Below, piece after piece: positions 48,766-60,601 of a stretch of 64,000 nt of DNA. The first letter of the stretch is position 1; each line of letters begins with the position of its first letter. Under the pieces are notes generated by a model. That model saw only the letters and a program-made list of their open reading frames with translations, was not told the DNA's origin and did no database searches. Both the position numbers and the translations under genes were made by a program. The stretch spans positions 558,001 through 622,000 of the forward strand of contig OZ287076.1 of NCBI GenBank assembly GCA_965645245.1, in the 5' to 3' direction. The DNA comes from Massalongia carnosa (taxonomy: Eukaryota).

Positions 48766-48974
48766 CTCAGACGTGCGTGGGCTCTAGGAGCCATCTAAGC
48801 CCCTCCGGGTTAGCTTGTTTCGCTAAGCTCTTTCGGATTAGCGTCCCAGCTGACTAACGTGGCTGTTGCTACGTAGTCAGCCTGTTAACCCGAAGAGGCT
48901 TAGCCGGGCACGTCTGAGGTACTGAGGCAACCCAGGCGGGTGAAAAATAAACCAATCGTCCCCGCATTCCCTCA
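48766..48974. ncRNA. Candidate structured RNA (multi-branched fold-back), family unassigned
   Basis: Nested complementary segments: 48766-776/48908-918 (11 bp perfect), 48795-814/48884-903, 48821-826/48838-843, 48849-863/48868-881 and 48780-784/48788-792, plus a hairpin at 48923-48974. Confidence 0.5.
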
Positions 48975-49276
48975 TCAAATTTACTACTAATTATACAGAG
49001 ATGATTTAATTTACTATACAAGTAGACATCCCAAAACTGGACAGGCGTTAGATCTTCGAAAAGGAGTAGGTTCATGTTACGGGTTCTCTTTCAACCGAAT
49101 AAGACGAATACAGCATCTTCTTGATATCTAGCGGAAAATCCCATAACGGCGATAGTTTATTGTGTGGAAGCGTGTACAGAGAGAACCATCCGTGGCAGAA
49201 GTCTCAACAAGCACTCAAAGCGATGAATACCCCTTTGATATAGCGTTAGCCTAACATTTGGCTACAAGCAAATTCA

Positions 49277-50521
49277 ATGTCTCACAGAACTCGTTTTGTT
49301 TGCATCTCTGATACACATAATGCGTCTCCAGCGGATGGAGCATTCAAGTTGCCGAAGGGTGACGTGCTGATACATGCAGGCGATTTGACAAATCAAGGAA
49401 CTTATGCAGAGCTCCGGAAAACGTTTGATTGGATTGAGGCTGCAGATTTCGAAGCAAAGATTGTCGTCGCAGGTACGGTGTAGTCATACTTCGCAAAAAT
49501 GGTTGCTGACGGGGAGTTAGGGAATCATGACATCACTCTTGACAAGCAGTTCTATGCGGAGCATAGCCTGGATTTCCACAATCAATACCCCCAGGACTCT
49601 CAATCCTGCATCGAGTTAACCAAAAGATACCCGTCGATTACCTACTTGAACCATGAATCTGCAGAACTCCGCCTGAATAAGGACGGTGGCCCACGGACAA
49701 CATTCAAGGTCTTTGGGTCTCCACTTTCTCCCGTGAGCGGTCTTTGGGCATTTGGCTATGAACACGGGGAAGCCTCAAATCTCTGGAAGCATGTGCCCTT
49801 GGAGACAGATATTGTTATTACACACACCCCTCCCAAGTTCCACTGTGACGAGTCAAAAGGACGGGGTGCTGTAGGTTGTGAGGCTTTGCGGCAGAGATTG
49901 TGGGAAGTCCGGCCTAAATTAGCAGTCTGTGGTCATGTTCATGACGGAAGAGGCGTTGAGAGGGTCTTGTGGGATCTTGAATCGCCTCATATTCAATTCA
50001 AGGAACTTGAGACCAGATATTGGATCGATCCAGAGCGTGACAGCAAGAAGCAATGTCTCCTCGACTTGACTACTAAAGGGGGTATGCCGCTGGAAAATAC
50101 AGATGCGTTCGAAGCTGTGGATTCAGGAGTCTATACATCCCCTAATGTCCCTAAATCGGACTGGAAACTATGCGGACCCTGGAAATGCGCAGTTAAGCCA
50201 CGCAAACTGTTATCGAACCCTCAATCCTCTCCCCGTACACCCCTAGAACAGGCATCTCCACTATTATCAGACGACTACTGGGCTCAAGAAAGCTCTGAGT
50301 GCAAGAGATACATAGATCCTGAACCTCGTGTTACTTTGGGGAAGAGCGAGATTGCTACTTCTGTATGTTGGCACACAAGGGCTCTTGTCAGCAGAATGGG
50401 TAGGAAAGAGACAGCCATCGTTAACGCGGCAATCATGGGTTCTGGTTGGCACTCCAGGACTATCAGTGGAAAAAGATACGGCAAAGCGATCGTGGTAGAC
50501 CTGGATCTCCCTATATGGTAG
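49277..50521 (+). CDS. Calcineurin-like metallophosphoesterase (MPPED/239FB-like)
   Basis: ISDTH, HAGD, AG|NHD (intron 49473-49520), THTPP and CGHVH. Confidence 0.88.
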
Positions 50522-52759
50522 GGGTTTGCTCTGGTCATCACCCCTTGTTTTGAGATGCCTACTGGCCCGAGGACTGTGGAAGCGAGATCTTCGAGGTTGT
50601 AAATGGAGGTATATATCTGAAGTGACATGCTCACATGGTTCATCATAGTGACCGCTTTACCGCTTTATCCCTTTACCGTCCCATTCCCTTCGTATCCATA
50701 ATGCAAATCCGAAGACTTTGAGCACTACAAGTATTTGCATAATTGATTAAAGATTTTGTAGCTATCATAGTCATGGCAGCCATCACAGGTTGTATGCTCA
50801 ACGGAGGCCTTTTTCAATGCAATTCTCTGTGGTTACGAGTCCGCGATCTATTTGGCTCGTGAAGGATCACCAGCAAATGATCCCAATGGGGATCACGTTT
50901 GCGGTTAGCTGTCTACTTAGGAGCTTGGACTTGCCCCGGACTTTTAGTTCGTACTTAGTTAGTTCTGGGGTTGGCCTGGAATGACGTTTCGTCACGAAAT
51001 CGCCTCAAAATCTTTGATCTTTAGGTGGTCATTATTCGTGCGGATTTGGGACAATTGAGGCTTGCCAAAGGAGAACTCAGTGCGCAGTGATGAGCACTCT
51101 GCCTCCAGGTTGCAATCGCTGGATCATTCAGGCTACAGCATCATTCGAAGCGCTGAGGCTGTTTCTCTGTTCCTGGCTTATACGCCCCAGGGCTGACCAC
51201 CACCAAGACCCTGAATCGTTTGTTGCGGGGTTGGATTCAAGACGTCCAACCCTGGTCATGGAGCTGCAAGAGATAGCATAAAGAGATGTACCGTTCACTA
51301 TGGAGTTCGGATAGCACCCCCTCAACTGGAGAGGGTCATAGTATACAGGGCACTGAATGTGACACCTTGTTCCACATCGCATGGCTTGCTTACACGGGCG
51401 GGGAGACATGCATGATTGGGTGAGATAGGTAACAGATTCTGTAACCGCCGAAACACAGGACCGGGACCCCCATCTCAAGCTTGATGCAGGAAGGTTTAAG
51501 AGGGTTTAAGAGGGTTTAAGCCATCCAAAGATCAGAACCACATGCACCTCGTCCCTGCGCTAAGCCAGCAAGTGCTCATCATGGGCCCCATTCGCTCCTA
51601 TTGCACCAAATATCCCCACTTGCGTAAAGCATCTGTTGACCACATGTTATCGGGCCGCCCCTCAAAGAACAATTGCTGTGAGTGGTGAGCCTTTAAAACA
51701 TCTTCTCTGAAGTTTTAGTGCTATGCATCTACCGACTCCGCAAGCCAATGGCTAGTGCGAACCAGGTGCCACTCTTCGTAACACAGCATGTAATTAATAC
51801 CTACTCCTTCTCTGTGTCGTAGTTTTGATGCCCTTCAGCGTGGGGAGCCACTTGATAACAACCCCCAGCCTGCTCCTGCTGCACTTACTACCTCATCGCC
51901 CTCACCCCTCAGGCTGGCTCCTATTCTCCATTCATTCTGTCAAGGCTGACTTCAGATTTGTTTCCCAGGAAGACCCAAGCCTCGGTGAGCTTCTCAGTCA
52001 GTTCTATGGGAACGAGTCGCTTGAGCATCCCCGTGTTTGTTCCAAATACTTCTCATGACACTCTCTCGTCTAGTTTAAATTCTCCCTCTTGAAAAATTGC
52101 GAAACGGGCTAAAAGAGACGAAAGTTAACGATCCAGTCTCTGCTCGCTCGCTCGCTCGCTCTCGGTCGCACTGTTCAACCGTCTAGACTAAGTGCCTTTT
52201 CACCGCCCCAAGGACAACGCAGCAAGCGCGAAGTGGAATAGCCCAGGACTAAGGAGAAGGTTACGAGATCATCAGCACCACGATTACACATCTCTTTAGC
52301 TTTCAACTCCATCTTGATCTTCATCTTTGTCTTCTTCCACCATCTATGAAAGTCGATGTGCATCCATTGCTGAGTTTGTCATCAATTCACTCGTCTTTCC
52401 CAGGCCTCGGCTTCAAGTCACGTGGTTGTATGTTTTGATCCCTGTGGATTGATTACGTAGGATTGCCAGCAAAGCGAAAACTTTCAACTCTCTTCCAACT
52501 ATCGACTGCAGTTTCCGTACTTCCTCTTCTTTCCATTCTTCTCGTGTTTGCTTACGACGTCAATGTCTAGCAAAGTCAATTGCTTTGGAATTATTTAACA
52601 CTGATACAATCAACCACGCGCCCCTGGAGAAGCCTTACTTGTCGCTTTAAGCCGTGTCATAATACAGCTTTCTGAGCGAGCAAGTTACTTTGCGAGAACT
52701 TCCTTTAACAGCTAATGCTATAAGCACTTGACAATTTCAGCATCACTAGTATAATCCAG

Positions 52760-54637
52760 ATGGAGTCACCACTTCCTCCAAATCCCTACAAAACTTTGAA
52801 TGTTGCTGAAGATGCATCGCTCGCTGCCATACGGAGCGCACATCGAAAGCTCGTTCTCACTTGCCACCCTGACAAATTTCAAGATGAAGAAGTTAAGAAG
52901 CAAAAGTCGGAGCAGTTCCATGAAGTGCAGCAAGCGTACGAGATCCTCAGCGATGAAACGCGGAGGCAGCGATACGATGAGAGGATGAAGCTGGCGGAAC
53001 TACGGGCGGAGGTGATGAAGGAGAAAGGGATATCCCGTGGAGCAGCGGAGTTCAGTGCGCGGATGAGACCCTCACCAACATTTGAGGTGCGAGGTGACCG
53101 GGTTTATGAAGAAAGAAAACCCAGCCGCTTCCATGAAGAAGACGTCTTCAGTTCCACTTTTCAGGACTATCGACCCATCCCAAAGAAGTACGACGACCGT
53201 TACTCACCACCCACATCACGAAGATCGTCCGGGCGGGTTCCAGAAGAGAAGAGGAGGACCCGTGATGGGGACGATGACCGTCATGCGGACAAGATAAATG
53301 CGCGGCAGTCGGCGAAGGCAGCTGAGAACTCGGCTAAGCATGGCCAGGAAAAGAGGAAGGACAAGGACAAAAGGAAAGATCGGGAAGCAAAGTTTACAAG
53401 CAAATCCGCCTATGTTGAAGACGACGATTCCGACTCCGACGTTACCGAACGCTATTACACCACCACCACCACACCAAAACGCCGGCATGAAGCTATTCAA
53501 AGGAGAGATTATGATGATCCACCTCGACGTAATACCCAGCGGGAAGACAGCAATAAATCAATGGGATTAGAATCAAAAATACCCCACGTAAGAGATTACA
53601 TTCAACAATGTCGTCGAGCGGCTCCTGTCGAGGCCGAAGTTCGCCGTCCGGCTCCAGCCGGTAGGCATTTTTCCGCTTTTGAAGTTCGGCCGCCTCCTCC
53701 TCCACCGCCTCCACCTGCACTACCCCTTGCTCCGATGGATGTCCGGCGCTCTTCAGCACGTCGTGAAAGTCGGCGAGGTAGTCCTGTTAGACTTTCCACC
53801 AAAGATCGGCGTACGACGGAGATTGTTGATCCACCGACGGTACGAAGGCCGAGCATTCCCGGGATCTCGTCGGATCCACGGGGGTTGAAGGCTATGAACT
53901 CTTCATCCAAAAGAGACCCTTTGCGTGCCCCCCCGACGCCATCGGCTACGGAACCTCGATATCCATATATCCGTCGTTCAGACACGATGCCAATCGGATC
54001 GTCAGGCTCCCGGCGGGCTGACACGTTTCCAGCAAACCCAAAGTTATCCGAGATCAACGACTCTGGGTATTCCAGCGCTGGAACGCCCGAGCTATATCAA
54101 GGAGCCAGTCCTCCGCGCCGGAAATCTACGACAACGAGTTGGCGAATTAGCGAGGATGAAGATGATCCAAGGCCCACAAAAGTCATCTATCGGGAACCCG
54201 ACGAGATGCGAGAGCGTGAGCGAGATCGCGACCGAGATCGTGACATTTCTCCAAGATCTCGCCGGCCGGTGGATCGTCCCCCTCCAACCGTTAGACCTTT
54301 GTCAAACACCAGAGGCCCGCCGCTACGCTCCAACTCGTATGCCTTTGCGCCTGAACCGGTTCCATCGTCCCGTCCACCTCCTTCGTTTTCCCGCACCGAA
54401 TCGGCTCGCGTCACTCCGCTGCAGAGTCGCTCATCCGGTCGAGGCAAGCCTCAGCTCTACGGCGAAGTCTTGCCGACCGAGGATTACAAAGTGATATATT
54501 CTCCTCGTATCCGCTCGAATGACATCTCGTACTCACGTCGTAGTCCCGAGGAATTAAGTCGGGATACTTATCCTGGCTCGCACTTCGAACCTCGCCATCG
54601 CCCTGGTCTTTCCCGGAACGAGTCGAAGGCATATTAG
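52760..54637 (+). CDS. J-domain (DnaJ) protein with long disordered R/S/P-rich C-terminus
   Basis: NPYKTLNV...RKLVLTCHPDK...QQAYEILSDETRRQRYD. 625-aa ORF. Confidence 0.9.
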   Translation: MESPLPPNPYKTLNVAEDASLAAIRSAHRKLVLTCHPDKFQDEEVKKQKSEQFHEVQQAYEILSDETRRQRYDERMKLAELRAEVMKEKGISRGAAEFSARMRPSPTFEVRGDRVYEERKPSRFHEEDVFSSTFQDYRPIPKKYDDRYSPPTSRRSSGRVPEEKRRTRDGDDDRHADKINARQSAKAAENSAKHGQEKRKDKDKRKDREAKFTSKSAYVEDDDSDSDVTERYYTTTTTPKRRHEAIQRRDYDDPPRRNTQREDSNKSMGLESKIPHVRDYIQQCRRAAPVEAEVRRPAPAGRHFSAFEVRPPPPPPPPPALPLAPMDVRRSSARRESRRGSPVRLSTKDRRTTEIVDPPTVRRPSIPGISSDPRGLKAMNSSSKRDPLRAPPTPSATEPRYPYIRRSDTMPIGSSGSRRADTFPANPKLSEINDSGYSSAGTPELYQGASPPRRKSTTTSWRISEDEDDPRPTKVIYREPDEMRERERDRDRDRDISPRSRRPVDRPPPTVRPLSNTRGPPLRSNSYAFAPEPVPSSRPPPSFSRTESARVTPLQSRSSGRGKPQLYGEVLPTEDYKVIYSPRIRSNDISYSRRSPEELSRDTYPGSHFEPRHRPGLSRNESKAY

Positions 54638-55987
54638 GATTTGGCTGGGAAGGGTGGAGGGAAGCTTTGGAGGGCTTTTGTTTTGGGTTTGACGGCACCT
54701 ACGGTTTTATCCGTCCCGATTTACGACGGTCTTTACCCTTCACCTCCTTCACAGCAAAGCGTCGCTACGCTTGCAAGCGTGTCCGTCTACTGGAGCAAGC
54801 GAGTCATTTTTCTCCCGTGATTTTCGATTCTTTTCCGCGAAACCGCCGACACGCTTGCTCCTGCGTAAACTGGCAATGGGCCCTGTCTTCTTGTACATTT
54901 CTTTACCTTGACTTCCGTAGGCAGAATGGGAAAGAACAGAAATGGAGCTCTTGTCCCCCTCCTTCCCTGGCGCTTCGTCGGTGACGAGGATGATAGTGGT
55001 GATGTCTTCTTTGCTCTGTATTTTTTGATAATATGGGTAGGTGGGTGGGTGGATGGGTGGGTAGGGTGGCACATAGGTAGGTAGCTCTTGGTTCGAACAA
55101 TTTCGAGAACTCTTTTACCGTGCTAGTTCCATAGTCTACCTTTGTTATCTATCCATCCATCCATCCATCCCCCACCCAAAGCCAGCGACTTACCTATCTA
55201 CATACCTATGAAGGAGCTACATAACTTACAGATATTTACATCTCCTCCCCACAATCTTCCCACCCATTCCCCAGCTCGGGGACTATGATTGTATGTATGT
55301 ATATATACAGAAAAGAAGAAGAGAAAGAGGGACGGTATCTATTCTAGAAAACCCACATACCTATAAAATTACTCAAACATTCCTTTTTTCTGTGTGTTTT
55401 TTTTTTTTTTCTCTTTTGGGGCTTCGGTTCCTTCAGTTTCTTTCCGTTTTCTTTCCATTTTCTTTTCTTTCTTACATCTTCTCTTGCTTCTCTTGCTTCT
55501 TGATATCCGGGATCAGGACTGGTTGGGAACCGGAACAAAATCTCGTCAAGGATTTAGTTGGAAACTCTCGCGTAGAGAGAGAGAGTTAACTAGGGGAAGC
55601 TTTGGTGTATTACTAGACGAAACGATGAGAAGGAAAGAAAGAAAGAGAAAGAAAAAATGGGAAGAGAGAGGATGGTCTTTCTTTCTTTTCTTTCTCGGTT
55701 TCATTCGTGGGATTGTTTTGTTTTTGTTTTTGTTTTTGTTTTCGTTTTTCAATGTTTTTTTTATTTTCTAAAACAAGCTCTAGAGGAAAGAGCTCTCACC
55801 TCCCTTAATTAAAACATATAGATCTCTGGTTTGGTATTAGAAAGTATCTCGACTTATGTACAATATATATGTACTTGAATCTGTATGGTGGCTGTGTTAC
55901 GCTACGCTTTTTGCTGGATGCTGTTTTTGGGGGTAGGTAAGGGTGGGTAGGTGGTTACCCTAAAAAATAATAAAAATAATAAAATAA

Positions 55988-58733
55988 GGGTGCGGATACG
56001 GGCACACCCTATTAGCTACCTTAACACCCTACTTTGCTACCTTCACACCCTACTTGGATACATTCACACCCCCGAAAAAGTAACCGCAAAAGGGAAAGTT
56101 TCCGCCCCGTTCCCTTTCCCAATTAGGGTAAGCGGCGCGAAATTTTGCCGCACCTGAAATTTCGCTGCATCTTTCGCAAAATTTCGTCGCATCTTGGAAT
56201 TTCGCCGCAACCTTCTTCTTACTCCTGCAGATTGTCATCTTCCGATGACACGTTCAATGGTTTTGATACCGAATCCAATTCTTCCGCTCCCAATCTCATC
56301 ATCCTCGAAAGAGTCGCATCTGCCTCCCCTCCGCCAGCTTCTCCCCCTCCGCCAGCTTCAGCACCTCTTGCTGCTCCGGAAGAAGGACAATCCTTTGAGT
56401 CTTTGGAAGACTTGATTCAACGAGTCAATGAGCATGCTGGCCCGCGCGGTTATGCAATTGTTCTCGCTCGTACGAAGAAGAATAAGGATGGAAATACGCG
56501 CAAAGCTTGGTTGATTTGCGATCGAGGAGGCAGAGTGAGAGAACCTCGCGGACAAAGTCGTCGTCATACTGCCAGCAGAGCCATTGCTTGTCCCTTTTCA
56601 ATGATTGCGATTCAGGAAAAAGAGTCTGATATCTGGTTTTTGGAAGTGGTCAAATCGGAACATAATCATGCCTCGAGTTTGGCAGGGGCTCATCCAGTGC
56701 ATCGAAAGATGGCTATCACCGCCGAGGTAAAAGATGAGATATCGCGTCAGCTAACTGTTCAGACTGCTCCATCGAAAGTGATTTCGAGTCTGCGCATACC
56801 TGATCTTACCACCGGAATCAATTGGGACGATCCGGTCAATCCTCGAGTCGTCAATCCCATGATCAAACCTCGAGACATCTACAATCTCAAGGCTCAACTT
56901 CGTCGCGAGGCTTTGGGACCGTTGACTCCCATACAGGCATTGATTCGAGAGCTTGATCAGAGCGACGATTGGTTGTATCAAATGCAAAAGAATGAGGAGG
57001 ATCGCAATCAGATAACTCATTTATTCTTTGTAAAAGGAAGTTCCCGAACTTTTTTAAAGTCCAACTATGAGGTTCTGATCATGGATTGCACTTATAAAAC
57101 CAATCGCTACAAAATGCCTCTTCTGATCATCAGCGGTCAAACCGCATTGCATACCAATTTCTATGTGGCTTTTTGCTTCATGGCCAGTGAGACAAAATTT
57201 GACTACACCTGGGTTTTGAGGCAAGTCAAAGCTCTATATTTGCAAATGGAGCTTCCAGATCCGACCGTCATTGTCACCGACATGGAAAGAAGTCTGATGC
57301 TTGCTCTTCGTGCGCAATTTCCTCGTACCAATCATCTGCTTTGCATTTGGCATATCAATGAGAATGTCGTCGCCAATTGCAAAAGAAAATTCAGCAAGGA
57401 AGAATGGGACACCTTCTTTGCGGAATGGAAAGCGATAACTTACGCCTCATCGGAAGTCATACTATGGGAGCTCTGGGGTCAGTTTTCGATCAAATACAAG
57501 GACTATGAGGTAGTGGAATATCTGGCTACCACCTACATTACTCATGTTCAGCATTTCGTAAGATGCTTTACCAATCGAGTACTACATTTTGACACCACCA
57601 CTACTTCTCGAGGTGAGGGAGGGCATGCAGTGATCAAACGTCAATTAGGAACGTCGACCGGAGATCTGAAAACTGTGGTGGACGGAATCAGTCTTTTATT
57701 GATGAACGAGTATCATAACTATTGGATCAAATTGAATGAGGACAAAACGCGATATCCGCTAGATCTTCGGAAATCAATTTTTCAGCAAATATCTCCATTC
57801 ATCAGTACTGAGGCAATCAGAAGAATTAATTCGCAGTACGATTTACTGACCGGGAGACCGACGGCTCTGCCAGCATGTACGAATTCTTTTACAACCAGCA
57901 CCGGACTGCCTTGCAGTCATAGAATTCAGGAAAGATTGTATGGCGAAGGAAGTTTATTACTGGAAGACGTTCATCCACATTGGAGATTTGAAAGAAACGC
58001 TCCCGCCAATGATTTCAATCTGCTGATAGTGGAAGAACCAGACATTATTCGATCTCGTGGACGACCTTCGGGAGCGGAAAACAGAAGAACTCAAGTTTTC
58101 AATGCCTCTACGGGTCGACAACCTTCTCAATTCGAGCGAGTTATTATGGAGACAGCAGAAGATGAAGAGGTGCCAGCGGATGTGGAACGGGTCATTCGTC
58201 GGGCGGATCCAGCCCCGACAAGGGCGCGAGGCAGAAGAGCTCGAGCTGATCGAGCTGATCGAGGTGGTGGAGATGCGCGGGGGACGCGGGGGACGCAGGA
58301 TGCGCAGGAGACTCGAGGGACTCGAGGTGCGCGAGGGATTCGAAGAAGTGCTCGGAATGCGCGAGAGAATCAGGGAGGTGAGGGAGATGTCAGAGATGGA
58401 GACGGCGAAAATGAGGGTTGAATGAAGCAGCGATAGATCAGGCAGGAAATGAGGTAGCTAGTCTGCTTTAAGTTTAGTAGCTTGAAATCAAGGTGCGAAT
58501 GGCCAACATGGTGCCAATCGACTCCGATTCCTGAGGTTCGAAAACATGGAATTTCTTCCTTCCCCATCTCAGGCGACAGAATTTCGCACCGCTTACTCTA
58601 CTCGGGAAAGGGGGGACGGAAACTTTTCCTTTTGCGGTTACTTTTTCGGGGGTGTGAATGTATCCAAGTAGGGTGTGAAGGTAGCAAAGTAGGGTGTTAA
58701 GGTAGCTAATAGGGTGTGCCCGTATCCCGACCC
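55988..58733 (+). mobile_element. Mutator-like (MULE) DNA transposon with long TIRs and 8-bp TSD
   Basis: Inverted repeats near-perfect over ~115 bp (from 55988 vs to 58733) and degenerate to ~165 bp. Direct repeat TAAAATAA at 55980-55987 and 58734-58741. Confidence 0.93.
56232..58421 (+). CDS. MULE DDE transposase with FAR1/WRKY-like Zn finger; start codon unclear
   Basis: CDRGG...CPFSM...W...HNH, IMDCTYKTN, VTDMERSL, CIWH, TSRGEGGH, GLPCSH and RGRP. Open frame 56145-58421 with the first in-frame ATG only at 56601. Confidence 0.88.
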   Translation: MSSSDDTFNGFDTESNSSAPNLIILERVASASPPPASPPPPASAPLAAPEEGQSFESLEDLIQRVNEHAGPRGYAIVLARTKKNKDGNTRKAWLICDRGGRVREPRGQSRRHTASRAIACPFSMIAIQEKESDIWFLEVVKSEHNHASSLAGAHPVHRKMAITAEVKDEISRQLTVQTAPSKVISSLRIPDLTTGINWDDPVNPRVVNPMIKPRDIYNLKAQLRREALGPLTPIQALIRELDQSDDWLYQMQKNEEDRNQITHLFFVKGSSRTFLKSNYEVLIMDCTYKTNRYKMPLLIISGQTALHTNFYVAFCFMASETKFDYTWVLRQVKALYLQMELPDPTVIVTDMERSLMLALRAQFPRTNHLLCIWHINENVVANCKRKFSKEEWDTFFAEWKAITYASSEVILWELWGQFSIKYKDYEVVEYLATTYITHVQHFVRCFTNRVLHFDTTTTSRGEGGHAVIKRQLGTSTGDLKTVVDGISLLLMNEYHNYWIKLNEDKTRYPLDLRKSIFQQISPFISTEAIRRINSQYDLLTGRPTALPACTNSFTTSTGLPCSHRIQERLYGEGSLLLEDVHPHWRFERNAPANDFNLLIVEEPDIIRSRGRPSGAENRRTQVFNASTGRQPSQFERVIMETAEDEEVPADVERVIRRADPAPTRARGRRARADRADRGGGDARGTRGTQDAQETRGTRGARGIRRSARNARENQGGEGDVRDGDGENEG

Positions 58734-60601
58734 TAAAATAAAGGGGGGCTCGAGGGGAGAAACGAAATGGAGATGAGGAGGAGCCATGTACATATAATTT
58801 CACGTGCAACCCCACGGTATTTCGTTGCTAGATAACATAGGTGTGTATGTATGTATGTAGATATCTATCCGCACATGTTTTGAAACCTTCAAGATTCGCA
58901 TTCTACCCTGGACCTCCCGAACACGGTTAGATGAATAAAGGGTTAGCTTGATGAATAGATTCGTCATCAACGGGAAACTGATAGGTAGGTAGGTAGGTAG
59001 ATGGGAGACGAGAGAGTTGTGGTGGCTTGAGACATAGCCTGGATCCGGCCGAGCTCAGCGAATGCATGTGCTTTTAAATTTTTAAACGGGAAGTATAGAA
59101 TATGACGGAGAGGGCTAGATGGGGAAAGTGAGAGCGAGAACGAGAGAGTCACGTGGCATGTTTCGTTTCTGGCTTGTTGTCGTCTTCCATTCTCAACCCT
59201 GTGCTTCGCTCATCCTTCATCATATCGCTTGATCGGTTGATATTTTGTTGGGAGTGGAGTTGAGTTTGAGTTTGTAAGTAGATAGGGGAATTGAGGCTGC
59301 TATTCAAGGTTTGGCTCTTGGTTAGGACCAAGACTGGGAACGAGCTGTTCGAGACCTGAATGAAGTGGGGTTGGACTGCGTTGACCGAATTCATTTGGAT
59401 AGTTAGAACCTTAAGCTGGAGCATCGATGAACCGATTGAAGGTGTAGGGTAGAATTGTGTGAACCGCCCGGATGGGAAGGGAAGCACTTGGATTACTAGG
59501 TAACACGGAACTGCCTGGAAGGCCGGGTCCTAAATTAACATTTCTCCCCAGAAAAAAAAACCGCGCAAGATGGAGTTCTAGGCTTGGTCGCTCCCTCGCT
59601 CCTTCCCTCCCCCAGAATTTTCTTGCTCCTGACCCTCCCCAGCTCCCACTCAGCTTTATCTATGGAGGTCTTTAATTTTGGGATATCTCCGCTGGACCCT
59701 GCGCGAGACTGGGCTTGACGAAAAATGAGCTAGTAATGTTTATTTGATCTGGGCTGGAGGTGAGTCGATCCGTGGATTAAAAGAATGGAGCTGCGATTGT
59801 CACTGACGAACAAGAAGCTGATGGATGAATGAACTAAGACTGGGGTAGCGACTGGGGAGATGTCGGCTTGTGGTCAGAAAATACGGTGAACTGAACCGAA
59901 GACTAGGACTGAAGCTGAGGAACAATGGACTATGACTGGAGCAACGACCGAAAAGAGATGAAGCTTGAAAGTAACAACGGTAACGGAAAGCAAGTATCTT
60001 GCTCTGGGGAGGAAACGACCACTTCGCTAAGAAAACAGCTGCCACAGAAAATCCCCAAAGACATGGGCAAAGCTTTCACGTGCTATGAAACGGGAATCGT
60101 GAGATACGGGGTTTCCCCACAAATTTGCATATGCTTGCATTCGAAATGGGTATAAGAACGTGCCAGCCTCTGTCTTTCGGGGTTGCAGAAAGAGACTCGA
60201 TAAAGCTCTTGAAGAAGACGATTGACTTGACACAATAAACTTAAAGAGAAAACTAAGACGACGATACTGGAAACGACATCGACTCTGCTAGCAGCGCTTA
60301 TTAGCATTCACTCCATCTATTTCTTCAGCTTCACTTACCCATTTACTCACTTCGTCTCCAGCTTCACTTTTCAATATACTCACTTCCATCCTCGCCTTCA
60401 CTATCACCGCATCTTTTCGTCCTGCTTGTCAACATCAACAATAGCATTCTCACGCATCTTCTAGGCCAATCATCCGCCTCCGCTCAAAATCCCTAACGAC
60501 CTCAATAGCACCCCTTACTTACATTCACTAGAATCATTCACCCCACCCCACCCTGCCCGAATATTCATTTAAGCTGACCGACCCCTTTAACCCTCTACAA
60601 G

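Noticed and set aside
51492..51520. (AGGGTTTAAG)x3 and other short tandem repeats such as (GATCR)n near 47020
   Set aside because: Short slippage repeats with no supporting context.
55290..55790. ORFs rich in F/L/S or K/R/E
   Set aside because: Artefacts of T-rich and purine-rich low-complexity sequence.
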